Positions 63,346 to 64,000 of a DNA stretch of 64,000 nt are shown here, piece by piece. Under the pieces are notes generated by a model. The model did not search any database and was not told where the DNA came from. It saw nothing but the letters and a program-made list of their open reading frames with translations. The DNA comes from the human T2T-CHM13v2.0 reference genome, Homo sapiens: the NCBI RefSeq assembly GCF_009914755.1, contig NC_060925.1; one strand, 5' to 3'. Position 1 is the stretch's first letter. Every line of letters starts with the position of its first letter. A program made the translations under genes and the position numbers.

Positions 63346-64000
63346 AATTCTCAGTAACTTCCTTGTGTTGTGTGTATTCAACTGACAGAGTTGAACTATC
63401 ATTTAGAGAGAGCAGATTTGAAACACTGTTTTTGTGGAATTTGCAAGTGGAGATTTCAAGCGCTTTGGGGCCAAAGGCAGAAAAGGAAATATCTTCGTAA
63501 AAAACTAGACAGAATCATTCTCAGAAACTGCTGCGTGATGTGTGCGTTCAACTCTCAGAGTTTAACTTTTCTTTTCATTCAGCGGTTTGGAAATACTGTG
63601 TTTGTAAAGTCTGCACGTGCATATTTTGACCACTAAGAGGCCTTCGTTGGAAACGGGTTTTTTTCATGTAAGGCTAGACAGAAGAATTCCCAGTAACTTC
63701 CTTGTGTTGTGTGCATTCAACTCACAGAGTTGAACGTTCCCTTAGACAGAGCAGATTTGAAACACTCTATTTGTGCAATTTGCAAGTGTAGATTTCAAGC
63801 GCTTTAAGGTCAACGGCAGAAAAGGAAATATCTTCGTTTCAAAACTAGACAGAATCATTCCCACAAACTGCGTTGTGATGTGTTCGTTCAACTCACAGAG
63901 TTTAACCTTTCTGTTCATAGAGCAGTTAGGAAACACTCTGTTTGTAAAGTCTGTAAGTGGATATTCTGACATCTTGTGGCCTTCGTTGGAAACGGGATTT

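Larger units (their letters stand above)
1..64000 (+). repeat. Centromeric alpha satellite tandem array (~171-bp monomers, ~340-bp dimers, ~188 dimers), single orientation
   Basis: Canonical alphoid motifs (TTCAACTCACAGAGTTGAA, GAAACACTCTTTTTGTGGAATTTGCAAGTGGA, CTAGACAGAAG) recur throughout. ORF-track entries repeat at ~340-bp spacing. No non-alphoid sequence was seen. Confidence 0.99.
1..64000 (+). repeat. Human SF1 (J1/J2 dimeric) active-type HOR array, likely S1C1/5/19H1L (D1Z7/D5Z2/D19Z3); chromosome not resolvable by eye
   Basis: 340-bp EcoRI dimer (GAATTC first at 101-106) with CTTCGTTGGAAACGGGATTTCTTCATATT in alternate monomers. Two divergent dimers (A,B) followed by a variable number of near-identical dimers fits the 6-mer-plus-amplified-dimer organisation I recall for this family. 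Recognition from memory, not an alignment. Confidence 0.8.

Noticed and set aside
119-63972. Hundreds of 60-99 aa ORFs on both strands (MILRNSF..., MFPNCSM..., MCIQLTE..., MQFASVD...)
   Set aside because: They are chance open frames of the satellite repeated every 340 bp. They overlap in several frames, many use non-ATG starts, they are freely broken by SNVs and indels, and they have no recognisable domain. I used them only as positional markers.
1-64000. CRISPR-like array or repeat/variable-cassette system (constant motif alternating with variable segments)
   Set aside because: There are no unique spacers, since inter-motif sequence is itself near-identical repeat. There are no cas, recombinase or reverse transcriptase genes. 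The variation is explained by satellite SNVs and unequal exchange.
1-64000. Transposon insertion (L1/Alu), inversion or foreign sequence
   Set aside because: All CENP-B boxes are on the + strand and the 340-bp register is continuous apart from 1-2 bp indels. No poly-A tail or non-alphoid segment was seen.
1-64000. Assignment to a specific chromosome (1, 5 or 19) or to the kinetochore/CDR site
   Set aside because: The HOR family is shared among these chromosomes and the CDR is epigenetically defined. Neither can be determined from this sequence without alignment or methylation data.

Overview
The whole 64 kb window is one uninterrupted, single-orientation array of primate centromeric alpha satellite (~171-bp monomers paired into ~340-bp dimers). 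A 17-bp CENP-B box occurs in every second monomer. The EcoRI-dimer organisation and the sequence fit human suprachromosomal family 1, most likely the live higher-order repeat (HOR) shared by chromosomes 1/5/19 (S1C1/5/19H1L; D1Z7/D5Z2/D19Z3). That assignment is from recall, not a search. I found no credible genes, RNA genes, transposons or inversions, and every ORF in the track is a chance translation of the repeat. I do not see a new gene-encoded system. The notable content is architectural. The dimers fall into recognisable types (my labels A-H) forming a modal 14-mer of ~2.38 kb (A-B-C-D-E-F-G), with 6- to 18-mer variants. On top of this are young near-exact tandem duplications (2040, 2379, 3058 and 5102 bp), longer-range paralogy (offsets of ~8.2, 13.3, 15.0, 17-20 and 23.8 kb), in-register chimeric dimers, layered SNV haplotypes and about 13 core-mutated CENP-B boxes. 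All comparisons were made by eye and from ORF-track offsets, so boundaries are approximate.
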